Shown: positions 31,322 to 41,045 of the stretch, in pieces | Layout of the letters: every line of letters starts with the position of its first letter | Numbering within the stretch: position 1 is the stretch's first letter | Origin: an uncultured Planctomycetaceae bacterium | Lineage (GTDB): Bacteria; Planctomycetota; Planctomycetia; Planctomycetales; Planctomycetaceae | Length of the DNA stretch: 64,000 bases | Direction: 5' to 3' | NCBI GenBank assembly: GCA_963815195.1 | Contig: CAWFGE010000008.1 | Location: forward strand, 256,001 to 320,000 | Translations under genes and position numbers: made by a program | The notes under the pieces: model-generated | What the model saw: only the letters and a program-made list of their open reading frames with translations | What the model was told of the DNA's origin: nothing | Database searches by the model: none

Positions 31322-31700
31322 ATTTTATGCAAGGTGGTTCCAGCACCGCCGGGTTCAAAACCAAAACTTTTGATTCAAAACCCTTCAAAAAATGTGCGCG
31401 GCTGCCGTGCGGTATCCGGGCCAAAAGCCCTCAGCGATTTTGCCACCCCCCCCGGTCGAACCGTGGGCCAGAATGCCGGCCCGCCGTTGAAACAAACTCT
31501 CTCTTTCATGCCGGGTCTTTACCACGCCCCGCCGATCACACCGATGTTGGGGAAGAACCTAGGCGGCGACATCAGGTCGGCTTCGCCGATGCTTCGATCA
31601 TCGCCAGGATCCCCGCTTTGATGGCATCGGGCAGCGTGGGCCATGACTTCGATGACGCGGGAGAGTTCCGGACATTCGCGGCCATGCGATGACGGCAGGT

Positions 31701-31725
31701 TGGTCCAAGTTTTGGTCCAAGTTTT
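31701..31725 (+). repeat. Tandem 12-mer (TGGTCCAAGTTT)x2, putative arm-type site
   Basis: Matches 16924-16948. Confidence 0.75.
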
Positions 31726-31757
31726 CGCCCAGATCCCTTGTTTTTAAGGGTCCGCTC

Positions 31758-31806
31758 GCGGATTGCAAATCCGCCATCGCCGGTTCAAATCCGGCCGGCG
31801 CCTCTT
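31758..31806 (+). repeat. Right attachment site: duplicated 3' part of tRNA-Cys
   Basis: Identical to 16738-16786; lacks the tRNA 5' half. Confidence 0.96.
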
Positions 31807-31838
31807 GCTTAATTCCCTTGTATTTCAGAGATTACGCC

Positions 31839-31871
31839 AAACGCCTTGCGGAAAACCGCAGGGCGTTTTTT
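31839..31871 (+). terminator. Intrinsic terminator downstream of the tRNA 3' copy
   Basis: aaacgccttgcgg-aaaa-ccgcagggcgtttttt. Confidence 0.7.
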
Positions 31872-31909
31872 GCTGATTTCCGCTTGGTTGCACGGATTTT
31901 CGTGAAACC

Positions 31910-32130
31910 AACCGGCCGCAGAATTCCAATGACCACGGGACCGGGCACACGCTGACAAAACGCCACGATCGGCACACGGCCAAGCCCCATTCGCGCCGCC
32001 ACTTGATCAACCACGGTCAAAAGATTGTTGTCGGGCGGTATCTCTGCAGGGCGTCGCAATCGATGACCGCCATAAAAAGACGCCACGACTCGCAAGAGCA
32101 TCAGGCTAATGCCGAACAAATACGCCGCCT
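31910..32130 (-). pseudogene. Fragment of M56 (BlaR1/MecR1-like) peptidase
   Basis: 'LMLLRVV..GGHRLRR...AARMGLGRVPIVAFCQRVPGPVVIGILRP'; it breaks off before HExxH. Confidence 0.7.
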
Positions 32131-32258
32131 CCGATTGCGGCCCCTTGCCACAGAAAATGCGCCAGCGTTACGGTCAGTTGCTCGTAGACCACCACATCGA
32201 ACGGAAATGGATTCCACGTGAGCTTCCCCTTTAAGGCGAAGTTGGGATATGGGACCAA

Positions 32259-32441
32259 TCATTGCTTGCGGGCTTTTCGATTGATGATCCGGCGGATTTC
32301 CTTGATTTCCTCAAGATCGAGATCTGTCGTTTCCAAAAGTTCCAGCATCATCGCCTTGGCGGACCCCTCGAAGACGCGATCCAAGAGATTGCCTCGCATT
32401 CCGCGATTGATCTCCTGGTTGGAAACACACGCCTGGGTGAA
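32259..32441 (-). pseudogene. C-terminal fragment of BlaI/MecI/CopY repressor
   Basis: Manual translation: ...NLLDRVFEGSAKAMMLELLETTDLDLEEIKEIRRIINRKARKQ*; lies upstream of the M56 fragment. Confidence 0.72.
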
Positions 32442-32453
32442 AGCCGGAAACTG

Positions 32454-33680
32454 TCAATTCCTGAGCAGGGCATCGACATCATCGAGTGAGACGTGGAAGA
32501 CTTCCGTTTCAACCTTTCCTCGGGAAAAGGCAATCAACAGGCGACCGTTGTGTTCAATAATGTGGGGATACTGTAGGCTCGCGATTCCCGAACGCAGTTT
32601 CCTGGCAACGCGAGAGACCTCTGGAGGGATGCTCTGAGGCGAAGGGATATTAAGCCGGGCGAGGCGGCTAAAGGTCTTGCCGTCCCGGCTCACCGCGAGG
32701 TGGAGTTCCCGCCGGCCGACGTGGGGATTCGCATTGAGTACGATTACCCGGTAACCTCGGCTGGTCTTTAGGGAAAACAACTTGCTACTGGCGTTCGGAA
32801 AATTCGTCCGCTTCGGAGCTTCCCAACTTCGCCCCTGATCGCGCGAGCGGGAATGAAACAGGCGTTGCGATCCTCCGTTGTCCCGAAACAGTGCAGACAA
32901 CGTTCCGTCGGGTAGCGCCCAGAAGATGGGTTCATCGGGCCGGAAGGCGGGGATCTGGTCCGTTCGCACGATGGGAAACGCCTGCCAGTCGCTGAGCGAT
33001 TTTCGACCGCCGATGAGCACGCTGACATTGAAACGAGAATCTCGCCGCGTCAGTATCCAATCTCCAGAAGGGAGCTTCTGGGGCGGAAAATTGTTAATGG
33101 CGTTCTCATAGAGTGTGCCTTTGAAATTCCATCTCTCACCGGCGGGGTTGTAAATGTAGGCCTGGAGTTTGAGTTGTTTTTCGGTTAGAGGCCCGAAGGC
33201 CCCTTTGCCGCGATAGTGCGCTCCCAGAGCCAGCAATTCCCCATTCCTAAGCCAAAGCCCCCGAGCAATGAAGGCAAACGGTTCTTCGGGGATCCCCGTC
33301 ACACTTCGAGCAGGTTCCCATGTGAAACCGTCCCGGCTGGTGGAGTATTTGATTTCCTGTGTCGGCCAGTCTTCGATTCTAGGTCCATCACTCCAGATGC
33401 ACCAGAACTTCCCCTCGTGGTGGATCAAATAGTTGTGCAGATTCAGCCTGAGATCCTGCATGTCAACCTTGTCCGGCGTGCGGGCGTGCGGTCCGAGCGA
33501 AGCGGGATTGATCACGGCAAGTTTCCCCGAAATCGTCGGCAACTCGGCATAGCGGATCGCGGCGGGATCCGTACCTGAGTCCGGTAGATCCAGAATGGGC
33601 AACGCATCGCCCCCAGTTGTCGGCGCGGGCGACCAGAGAATGGCGGTGAGGAACAGAACGGTGATGAACGGCTTTGGCAT
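32454..33680 (-). CDS. Secreted sialidase-like BNR/Asp-box protein
   Basis: Signal peptide; Asp boxes SRDGFTW, SRDQGRSW, SRDGKTF; C-terminal QYP. Confidence 0.8.
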   Translation of the reverse strand: MPKPFITVLFLTAILWSPAPTTGGDALPILDLPDSGTDPAAIRYAELPTISGKLAVINPASLGPHARTPDKVDMQDLRLNLHNYLIHHEGKFWCIWSDGPRIEDWPTQEIKYSTSRDGFTWEPARSVTGIPEEPFAFIARGLWLRNGELLALGAHYRGKGAFGPLTEKQLKLQAYIYNPAGERWNFKGTLYENAINNFPPQKLPSGDWILTRRDSRFNVSVLIGGRKSLSDWQAFPIVRTDQIPAFRPDEPIFWALPDGTLSALFRDNGGSQRLFHSRSRDQGRSWEAPKRTNFPNASSKLFSLKTSRGYRVIVLNANPHVGRRELHLAVSRDGKTFSRLARLNIPSPQSIPPEVSRVARKLRSGIASLQYPHIIEHNGRLLIAFSRGKVETEVFHVSLDDVDALLRN

Positions 33681-34015
33681 TATGGGCCTCACGAATAAAG
33701 TGCATTGAGGAAAAACTCGCGTCAAATCGCGGTTGTTGATCACAACAATGTGTGCCCCGTGGCTTGGCGTCAATGGCACGTTTATCTGATGAGTGCCAAA
33801 TGCAACCGCATTCGCCGAAGCAACGCCCCTATTTCGATTCATTGGCGGGCCTCGCGCGATTTGAGCCGGGAGAGCAAATCGAGGGCTTCCCCGTCGGTGC
33901 GATGGTGGAGAAGCCCCGGAATTTCGGCCCGGGCGTCGAATGCAGCGCTTTCCGCAGCGCTCGATTGTTGGGCATTCCCTAAGTCGTTATCGTGAATGCC
34001 GGTTATGTCAGACCT

Positions 34016-34086
34016 ACCCCGTTGGTCTAAGAGCGAAGACGCCGGAACCGTGCCCGGAGATGGGGGTGCAAGTCCCCCACGGGGTC
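34016..34086 (+). ncRNA. tRNA-like cloverleaf with aberrant anticodon arm (identity unassignable)
   Basis: Perfect 7-bp acceptor ACCCCGT/ACGGGGT, D stem GTCT/AGAC, T arm GGGGG-TGCAAGT-CCCCC. Anticodon arm is CCGG-AACCGTGC-CCGG. Confidence 0.75.
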
Positions 34087-34103
34087 TGTTTTGATCCCAG
34101 GCG

Positions 34104-35222
34104 GTGCCGGTGCGAATTGCGATCTTGTTTGAATTCGGCAGCCTCAACGGCGGCGAGAACTCGATGCTGGCCGTCATCGATTCGCTTCAGGGGCGGGACA
34201 TCGAGTTTGCCACGTTTGCGCCTTCGCGGGGACCTTTGACAGCCGCGCTCCGTGCACGTGGGGTTTCGCCGATTGCGTTTGATGTCCGAGACGTGAAGGG
34301 CCAACGCCGGCCGCGCGGAATTGTTGCCGGAATTGGGCGGCCGATTGCTCGAAACGGATTGCGACCTGGTGCACGCCAACAGCTTGTCGATGGGCCGGCT
34401 GACCGGGCGCTCGCCGATGAATTGCCCATCCCCGCAACAGCCCATTTGCGGGACATCATCAAGCTCAGCGGGGCGGCGATGGCGGATCTCAATCGCAACG
34501 CCCGGCTCGTGGCCGTCTCCCACGCGACGCGGGCGTTTCACATGTCCCAAGGCCTGCGGGCGGAGCGCGTGCACACGATTTATAACGGCGTCGAGACCGG
34601 CCGCTTTCAGCCGCGCGTCTCCGACGGCTCACTGCGGCGCGAGCTTGGCTTATCGGCGGAGGATTTTTTGGTGCTCACCGTCGGGCAGATCGGTTTGCGG
34701 AAAGGCCAGGATGTGTTGGCGGATGCCGCGGTGCGATTGTCCCGCGGGCTGCCGAGCGCGCGGTATTTGCTGGCGGGCCAGCGGTTTTCCGAGAAAGCGG
34801 AGAGCCGGGCGTTTGAAGAGCGGGTGCTCCAGACGTTGGAAAGCCTCGGCAAAGGCCGGCTGTGTGTTTTAGGCTACCGCGACGATGTGCCCCGCCTGAT
34901 GAACGCCGCCGACGTGCTGGTGCATCCCGCCCATCAGGAACCGTTGGGGCGGGTGCTGTTGGAGGCGGCGGCTTCGGGGTTGCCGATCATCGCGACCGAT
35001 GTCGGGGGAACGGCGGAAATCCTCCGCGATGGCGAATCCGCTCTTTTGATCCCGCCCGGCGATGCGGAGGCTCTGGCCGATGCGATGCTCAGAATGGCCA
35101 GCGCCCCCGATTTGCGGACCCGGCTCGCCGCAAACGCCCGCCGGCGAATCGTTGCAAATTTCTCGATCGCCCAGGCGGCCGAGAATCTGCACGCATTTTG
35201 GCGGGATGCGTGTTGCCGGTGA
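34104..35222 (+). CDS. Glycosyltransferase family 4 (internal compensating frameshift ~34320-34410)
   Basis: 'NGGENS', 'IYNGV', 'RKGQ', 'EPLGRVLLEAAASGLPIIATDVGG'. 'DLVHANS' lies in another frame. Confidence 0.88.
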   Translation: MPVRIAILFEFGSLNGGENSMLAVIDSLQGRDIEFATFAPSRGPLTAALRARGVSPIAFDVRDVKGQRRPRGIVAGIGRPIARNGLRPGARQQLVDGPADRALADELPIPATAHLRDIIKLSGAAMADLNRNARLVAVSHATRAFHMSQGLRAERVHTIYNGVETGRFQPRVSDGSLRRELGLSAEDFLVLTVGQIGLRKGQDVLADAAVRLSRGLPSARYLLAGQRFSEKAESRAFEERVLQTLESLGKGRLCVLGYRDDVPRLMNAADVLVHPAHQEPLGRVLLEAAASGLPIIATDVGGTAEILRDGESALLIPPGDAEALADAMLRMASAPDLRTRLAANARRRIVANFSIAQAAENLHAFWRDACCR

Positions 35223-35226
35223 CGGT

Positions 35227-36090
35227 TCAGCCTTTCACGACGGGATTGGACAGCGTGCCGATGCCGGTGATTTCGATGGAGACCACATCGCCGTTTTCGA
35301 GGCTGAAGTCGTCGTCGGGCACGATGCCGGTGCCGGTCATCAGGATCGCCCCTTTGGGAAAATCATTTTCCCGGCCGAGCCAGGAAATCAGGTCCTCAAA
35401 CGAGCGGGCCATCTGATCGAGGTTCGTTTCGCCCGCGAACACCGTCTTGCCGCGACGGTCGATGCGGAGGGCAATCTTCGTCGCGGCGCGGTCCAGCGGA
35501 GATTCCGGCAGCAAGACGCATGGTCCCAGACCCGCGCACTGCTTGTAGAGCTTGGCCTGCGGCAGATAGAGCGGGTTTTCGCCTTCGATGTCGCGGGCCG
35601 ACATATCGTTGCCGATGGTGTAGCCCACCAGCTTCATCTCCGGCGAGATGACGAGCGCCAATTCCGGTTCGGGCACCGACCAGGAACTGTCGGCCCGCAC
35701 GCGGACGGGATCGCCTGGCCCCGAGACCCGGCCGGGATTGGCCTTGTAAAACAGTTCCGGGCGGTCGGCGGTGTAAACGCGGTCGTAATGCGAGGCCCCG
35801 GTTTCCGATTCTTCCATCCTCGCGACCTGGCTGCGTTTGTAGGTCACGCCCGCCGCCCAGACTTCCTGATGATCGAGCGGGGCCAACAGCGTGACGCTCT
35901 TGAGCGCGATCGGGGCGGCATCGGGATCGATCAAAAACTTCGCCATCCCCAACGGGTTCGGCGAGTGCAAAACGTCGCTGAGCGTGAGCACGTTATCCAC
36001 CTGCGAGAGATCCAGCAGACGCACATCCTCGCCTTCGATCACGCCCACTCGCAGTTCCCCGTCCGCCAGCAAAACCTTCGCAATCCGCAT
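35227..36090 (-). CDS. Fumarylacetoacetate hydrolase family protein (2-keto-3-deoxy sugar acid dehydratase-like)
   Basis: 'EVWAAGVTY', 'PEPEL', 'GNDMSARDIEGENPLYLPQAK', 'MTGTG'. Confidence 0.88.
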   Translation of the reverse strand: MRIAKVLLADGELRVGVIEGEDVRLLDLSQVDNVLTLSDVLHSPNPLGMAKFLIDPDAAPIALKSVTLLAPLDHQEVWAAGVTYKRSQVARMEESETGASHYDRVYTADRPELFYKANPGRVSGPGDPVRVRADSSWSVPEPELALVISPEMKLVGYTIGNDMSARDIEGENPLYLPQAKLYKQCAGLGPCVLLPESPLDRAATKIALRIDRRGKTVFAGETNLDQMARSFEDLISWLGRENDFPKGAILMTGTGIVPDDDFSLENGDVVSIEITGIGTLSNPVVKG

Positions 36091-36545
36091 CGAAAAAACT
36101 CCGCAATAGGAGAGACTCTTTTCAGTAAGGCAATCGAGATTGAGGATACCAACTTGCCCGAATACCACAACTCTCGCCCGCGATCGGGCAGCGTCCCCGC
36201 CGGTTCGCCTTCGTGGGACCTCGTTTGGCCGTGGAAAAAAACGAATCGGCACCCGGGGATTTCTCCGCGGATTGTTAAGATTTTTTTGCAGTTTGCCCAC
36301 GAATTTTTTCCGGCGGTTGCGTATGCTTAATATATCCCGAAACACCGCGATTCCGCCGAGACGCCCGCCCACGATTCCAAATTCCCCGCGCTTGTGATAA
36401 GAAAGAGCATGCGAATTTTCCCGGAAACCGAGATTTTGTTTCCCGGTGGTCTTCGTTTAGAGCCGGCGGCGCCCCTCGTTTGCATGTTGGCGGACGTGTT
36501 GCGGAGCGCTTGTTTTTGGAGTCCGAGGAGAAAACCGCTCTATCT

Positions 36546-36579
36546 GCGCCCGGTGCCGTGTCGGCATAGGGCGTTTTTT
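36546..36579 (+). terminator. Hairpin plus T-tract in the leader of the HNH gene
   Basis: gcgccc-g-gtgccg-tgt-cggcat-a-gggcgt-ttttt. Confidence 0.5.
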
Positions 36580-36675
36580 ATTGGCGGAATTCCGGAGGCG
36601 GGCCGCTCGATTTCGGCGGAGCCGGCCGGTGGAAAGTCTCGTTTCGTCCGTTTTCCATTGGGAGGAGAGTGACGC

Positions 36676-37272
36676 ATGGTCTCGGCGGTTTTACAGCGGC
36701 CCACGCTGATGCTGAACCGGAACTGGCAACCCGTCGGGGTCGCCACCGTTTCGCGTTCGCTGGTCATGGTGTGGAACGGCACCGCGCGTGTGGTCGATCC
36801 CGAAGACTATCAACTCTACACCTGGGCCGATTGGGCGGCCCTCAAGCCGTCGGACAACGAACCGGTGATCCAGACGGTCCGCTCATCGCTCCGGGTTCCC
36901 GAAGTCATCGCGCTCACGCGCTACGACCGCGTGCCCAATAATACCGTCACCTTCAGCCGGCGGAACATCTTCAAACGCGACCGCTTCACCTGCCAATACT
37001 GCGGCGTGCAACCGGGCAAGGAAGAACTGACGATCGACCACGTCGTCCCGCGTTCCCGCGGCGGCGTGTCGAGTTGGGAAAACTGCGTGCTCGCCTGCGT
37101 CGACTGCAACAGCCGCAAGGCCGACTTCTTGCCCGGCGAAGCCCGCATGCCGCTCTTGAGCCTCCCCGAACGCCCCAAATGGCGGCCGGTGTATGCGACC
37201 CGCGGCCAGCGCTTCCGCAGTTGGTCCAAATTCCTCAGCCAGGCTTACTGGGACGTGGAACTGCAGGAATAA
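36676..37272 (+). CDS. HNH endonuclease
   Basis: 'FSRRNIFKRDRFTCQYCG', 'LTIDHVVPRSRGG..WENCVLAC..CN..K'. Confidence 0.92.
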   Translation: MVSAVLQRPTLMLNRNWQPVGVATVSRSLVMVWNGTARVVDPEDYQLYTWADWAALKPSDNEPVIQTVRSSLRVPEVIALTRYDRVPNNTVTFSRRNIFKRDRFTCQYCGVQPGKEELTIDHVVPRSRGGVSSWENCVLACVDCNSRKADFLPGEARMPLLSLPERPKWRPVYATRGQRFRSWSKFLSQAYWDVELQE

Positions 37273-37444
37273 CTTAAACCCCACAGCACTTTCGCGGCGG
37301 CTTTGTTTTCCGTTCTTGACTCGGCATTTCCCGCGACTCGCTAAAATTGGACCTTGACATCCAGTTTTAGGCGTGTTAGCTTGGCGGTGTGGAAAAGTGG
37401 TTGCTGTCGCGGGACAATTCCCCCAGCCTGGGAGCGGAGACGTG

Positions 37445-38761
37445 ATGATTTCCAAGCCGAGTGTTCTTTTTGCAGCCGTGGTGCTCGGATTGTTTTGGCC
37501 GACCCATTGCCTTCGCGCGCAAGTGGAGTTTGAGCGGGAACCGATTCTCTACGAAACAAAGCCCCCGCAGGATCCCATCGCCCGGCTTATCAAAAGGCTG
37601 AAACTGGGCGAATCGAAACTGGCTTATGACGAGAAGCTCGGCTACCTGCCCGCCTTGCTCAAAGAGCTGGAGATCCCCGCCTCGTCGCAGATGCTCGTGT
37701 TCTCAAAAACGAGCTTTCAACTTCGGCGAATTTCCCCCCGCCGGCCCCGCGCGCTGTATTTCAACGATGACACCTACGTGGGTTTCGTGCAGAACAGCGA
37801 TATGCTCGAGATTTCCTCGGTCGATCCGCAGCAGGGGGCGATCTTCTATACCCTCTCCCAAGAGCCGGCCGGCGTGCCGGTGGTTCTTCGCGACAAGGGG
37901 CAATGCCTGATCTGCCATGCTTCGTCGCGCACGCAAAACGTGCCGGGGCATCTGGTGCGTTCGGTGTTTCCCGATGCCGACGGCCAGCCGCAGTTCGGTT
38001 CGGGCACGTTTACCACCGACGACCGCAGCCCGTTTTCGGAGCGTTGGGGCGGCTGGTATGTCACCGGCACCCACGGCGGCATGCGGCACATGGGAAATGC
38101 GACCACCGCCAGCCGGCAGAATCCCGAAGCCTTGGACCGCGAAGCCGGCGCCAATGTGACGGAGCTGTCCAAGCGCGTCGATACGTCGCCTTACCTCGAG
38201 CCCACGAGCGACATTGTGGCGCTCATGGTCCTGGAGCATCAAACGCAGATGCACAACCTGATCACCCGCGCGAACTACGAAGCCCGGCACGCGGCCCATT
38301 ATGATAGGGTCATGAACGCCGCCTTCGACGACCGCCCGGCCGATTACGAAAGCGAAACCACCAAACGCCGGATCGCCTCGGCGGGAGATAAGCTGCTCGA
38401 CTCTTTGCTGTTTAAGGACGAGTTTCCGCTGACGTCCGAGGTCAAAGGCGTGTCGAGCTTTGCACGCGATTTTGCGAGCCGCGGCCCGCGCGACAAACGC
38501 GGACGATCCTTACGGGATTTCGATCTCCACCGGCGTCTGTTCAAATACCCTTGCAGTTATCTGATCGATTCCGCGTCCTTTGACGGGCTGCCGAAACCGA
38601 TCAAGACCCACGTCGTTCGCCGGCTCCACGAAGTGCTCACGCGCAAAGACGCCGACGACGAGTTCAAGCACCTCTCGCGGGAAGACCGGGCGAATATCCT
38701 CGCGATCCTCAACGACACGAAGCCAAATCTTTTCGCCCATCTGAGCGAAGAAGTTCCTTAG
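37445..38761 (+). CDS. Secreted hypothetical protein with CxxCH motif
   Basis: Signal peptide; 'LVFSKTSFQ', CLICH, 'ERWGGWYVTG'. Confidence 0.75.
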   Translation: MISKPSVLFAAVVLGLFWPTHCLRAQVEFEREPILYETKPPQDPIARLIKRLKLGESKLAYDEKLGYLPALLKELEIPASSQMLVFSKTSFQLRRISPRRPRALYFNDDTYVGFVQNSDMLEISSVDPQQGAIFYTLSQEPAGVPVVLRDKGQCLICHASSRTQNVPGHLVRSVFPDADGQPQFGSGTFTTDDRSPFSERWGGWYVTGTHGGMRHMGNATTASRQNPEALDREAGANVTELSKRVDTSPYLEPTSDIVALMVLEHQTQMHNLITRANYEARHAAHYDRVMNAAFDDRPADYESETTKRRIASAGDKLLDSLLFKDEFPLTSEVKGVSSFARDFASRGPRDKRGRSLRDFDLHRRLFKYPCSYLIDSASFDGLPKPIKTHVVRRLHEVLTRKDADDEFKHLSREDRANILAILNDTKPNLFAHLSEEVP

Positions 38762-38783
38762 CGGCGACGGTTGCTGGATCGCG

Positions 38784-40874
38784 TTATGTTTTCTCGGCCA
38801 TCGCGCCCCAGGGCTCAATTTGCTTGAGGTTCTTGGATTGGAGGGCCGCGTAGCAATCCGGAAGGTCGAATTGGGTCAGCACGTTTGGAAGCAACGCCGA
38901 GAGCGGCCAGGTATATTCTTCGCTTTGGGCGATCTCGTCGTAAGAGGTCAAGGCGTGTTTCAGCGTGACCTGCTTGACGTTTTCAGCAAACAGCGCTGCA
39001 AACGTCGCGGCGAGGGCTCCGCGTCCCAGGCCGGCCAGATGCACTTCGGTATGCCCCAGCGAAGCCAGCCAATCCAGCGTTCGCAGCACGTCGAAGGTCT
39101 TCTGGCCGAGATACGGGCGGTCGAGCATCAGGCTGTGGATCGCGTAAAAATAATCGCTGCCGTAGGGCGAATGGAACGAGTTCGGCCCACAAGTGTCGGG
39201 CTGAGATTCTCCGCTGCCCCGCACATCGCAGGTAAACACCGGCGTCTGGGGATCGGCTTGGATCAACTCTTTGATTAAGGGTTCCCCGCGAAGCTCCGCA
39301 TCGCTGGAAAGATGCGCGACGTAGAGGATCGCCTTCGGGCCGGTCTTCGGCGGGCGGGAATAGAGCCGTTCGTCGGAGAGCCGATACACAATCGCCTCGA
39401 TGCCCGGTTCGGTTTCCACCGCGTAGGCGATCCCGGAACGCGTCGGATAACCCCGGCCGCCCAGGTAGCGCCAAATGCGATACTCCGGAGCGGACTTCGG
39501 CAACCGCGGTAGTTTGAGCACATCGCGAGCCGCCGACAGCAAAGTTCTGGCCGGCGGCTTGCTGCGGTTTTTCGCGAGTTCCCGGGCCTTGTCCCGCGTG
39601 AATTGAAACACGGTCCGCGTGCCCTCGAGTTCCGCGACCTGGCCGTGCGGCGTGCATTGGAGAGTTTCGTCGGTCTCGATTTGAATGGCCGGCTCGGATT
39701 GGGCCTGAGAAATCTGTGTGGCCCGGTTGAACCACCGATACATCGCTTCGCGGTTCTCCTGCGAATAGCCGTGATAGGTCGGCCCCACGGCGAGGGCGAT
39801 GTTGTCCTCGGCCCCCAAAAGTTTGTAGAGCCGTTTGAGCCGGGCGTAAGCTTCTTCGGAGCCTCGCACGTCGAAGAAGTCCCGCTCCTTGGCGAGAATG
39901 ATCACCGGCTTGGGGGCGAGGGCCGCGAGAAAATCGTCGTGATCCAAACTGAGGGCGAGCGCCTTGGGCGGGCATTGCTCGGTGTCGGCGGGGAGTTCGT
40001 TTTCCAAATTGCGGCGGAAGGTGGTGACGAAGCACGCGGGGGCGGCCATCGTCCAGCGGGACTCCACGCCCGAGAGCCAGGTCGTCATCGTGCCGCCGCC
40101 GGAGTTGCCGGTGACGCCGACGTGCTTGGGATCGACTTCCTTGCGGGACAGAAGATAATCCAGGGCGCGAATGCCGTCCCACGCCCGCCACATCCCGAAG
40201 AACTCGCCTACCAGAAACTGCTGGTTGCCGGCGTAAAGATGTTCGCTCACGCCGATGCCCATCTTCGGGGAGAGGTCGTCTTTGACATATTGCAGCCGTT
40301 CGCCTTGGCCGATGGGATCGTAGATCAAACAGATATAGCCTTGCTTGGCGAGGCCTTGGGCGAAGGATTGATACGCCTCCGCCGCCTTGCCGTTGTTGGA
40401 ATGCCCGCAGGTGCCGACCACGCCGGGGCGCGGGGCGGTGATGTTTTTCGGCAGATACAAATTGGCCGTCACCGGGAAGTGGGGCCGGCTCTCGAAAATG
40501 ATCTTTTCGATCGTGTAATCTTCGCGGTCCACGATGCCGGTCGTCTGGGCTTTGAGCGGCGTGCGTTCCGGTTCGGGACCGAAGCATTCGCGGATCTTGG
40601 CTCTGACGGATTTGACATAGGCCTCGGCGTCGGCTTTGGATTTCAGCCCGTTCATCAATTTGAGCTTTCGCCGCTCGGCCTCGCGGACTTGCTCGGTGAA
40701 CCAATCCTGCACCATCCGCGGGTAGCGATTGAGCGGTTCATATTCCGCCGCCCGCGCTGCCGTCTGCCAACCACTTAAACAACTGAAACCGACTGTCTGC
40801 GCCACGGCGGCCCGCAACCAATGCCGCCGCGTCAAAGGGCTGGGCAAGAAACTGTGTTGTTCTGGATGTGCCAT
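38784..40874 (-). CDS. Tat-exported alpha/beta hydrolase (acetylxylan esterase-like)
   Basis: TRRHWL signal and GNSGGG nucleophile elbow. Confidence 0.82.
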   Translation of the reverse strand: MAHPEQHSFLPSPLTRRHWLRAAVAQTVGFSCLSGWQTAARAAEYEPLNRYPRMVQDWFTEQVREAERRKLKLMNGLKSKADAEAYVKSVRAKIRECFGPEPERTPLKAQTTGIVDREDYTIEKIIFESRPHFPVTANLYLPKNITAPRPGVVGTCGHSNNGKAAEAYQSFAQGLAKQGYICLIYDPIGQGERLQYVKDDLSPKMGIGVSEHLYAGNQQFLVGEFFGMWRAWDGIRALDYLLSRKEVDPKHVGVTGNSGGGTMTTWLSGVESRWTMAAPACFVTTFRRNLENELPADTEQCPPKALALSLDHDDFLAALAPKPVIILAKERDFFDVRGSEEAYARLKRLYKLLGAEDNIALAVGPTYHGYSQENREAMYRWFNRATQISQAQSEPAIQIETDETLQCTPHGQVAELEGTRTVFQFTRDKARELAKNRSKPPARTLLSAARDVLKLPRLPKSAPEYRIWRYLGGRGYPTRSGIAYAVETEPGIEAIVYRLSDERLYSRPPKTGPKAILYVAHLSSDAELRGEPLIKELIQADPQTPVFTCDVRGSGESQPDTCGPNSFHSPYGSDYFYAIHSLMLDRPYLGQKTFDVLRTLDWLASLGHTEVHLAGLGRGALAATFAALFAENVKQVTLKHALTSYDEIAQSEEYTWPLSALLPNVLTQFDLPDCYAALQSKNLKQIEPWGAMAEKT

Positions 40875-40890
40875 CGTCAATTTTCCTCAT

Positions 40891-41042
40891 GAGCCGCGAA
40901 GCGGCGGCAGCAATGCTTAATTCACAGGAGAGAGGTTGTCCCTCATAACATTCTGCTATCGCCGCTTCGCGGCTCAAAATTTTTGGACGAATCGTTCTCA
41001 GGCTTACGCCTGCAGCGACATGCTGTCGCCGCTCCGCGGCTT
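40891..41042. repeat. REP-like cluster (gagccgcgaagcggcg...cgccgcttcgcggctc plus a third copy)
   Basis: Inverted pair 40891-40975 and a further copy near 41021-41041. Confidence 0.7.
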
Positions 41043-41045
41043 TTC

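Larger units (their letters stand above)
16738..31806. mobile_element. ~15-kb tRNA-Cys-integrated element (integrase/AlpA/DnaB-N-DUF3987 core; satellite- or IME-like) with defence-type cargo
   Basis: 49-bp att repeats, adjacent tyrosine integrase, shared 12-mer tandem repeats inside both ends. No capsid, tail or conjugation genes seen. Confidence 0.93.

Noticed and set aside
16738..31806. Complete prophage or conjugative ICE
   Set aside because: No capsid, terminase, tail, lysis, T4SS or relaxase genes are recognisable.
31758..31806. Second tRNA-Cys gene
   Set aside because: Only the 3' part is present; it is the att duplication.
33839..33990. Short minus-strand ORF tail (...ALDLLSRLKSREARQ*)
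   Set aside because: It may be a gene remnant but is too short to assign.
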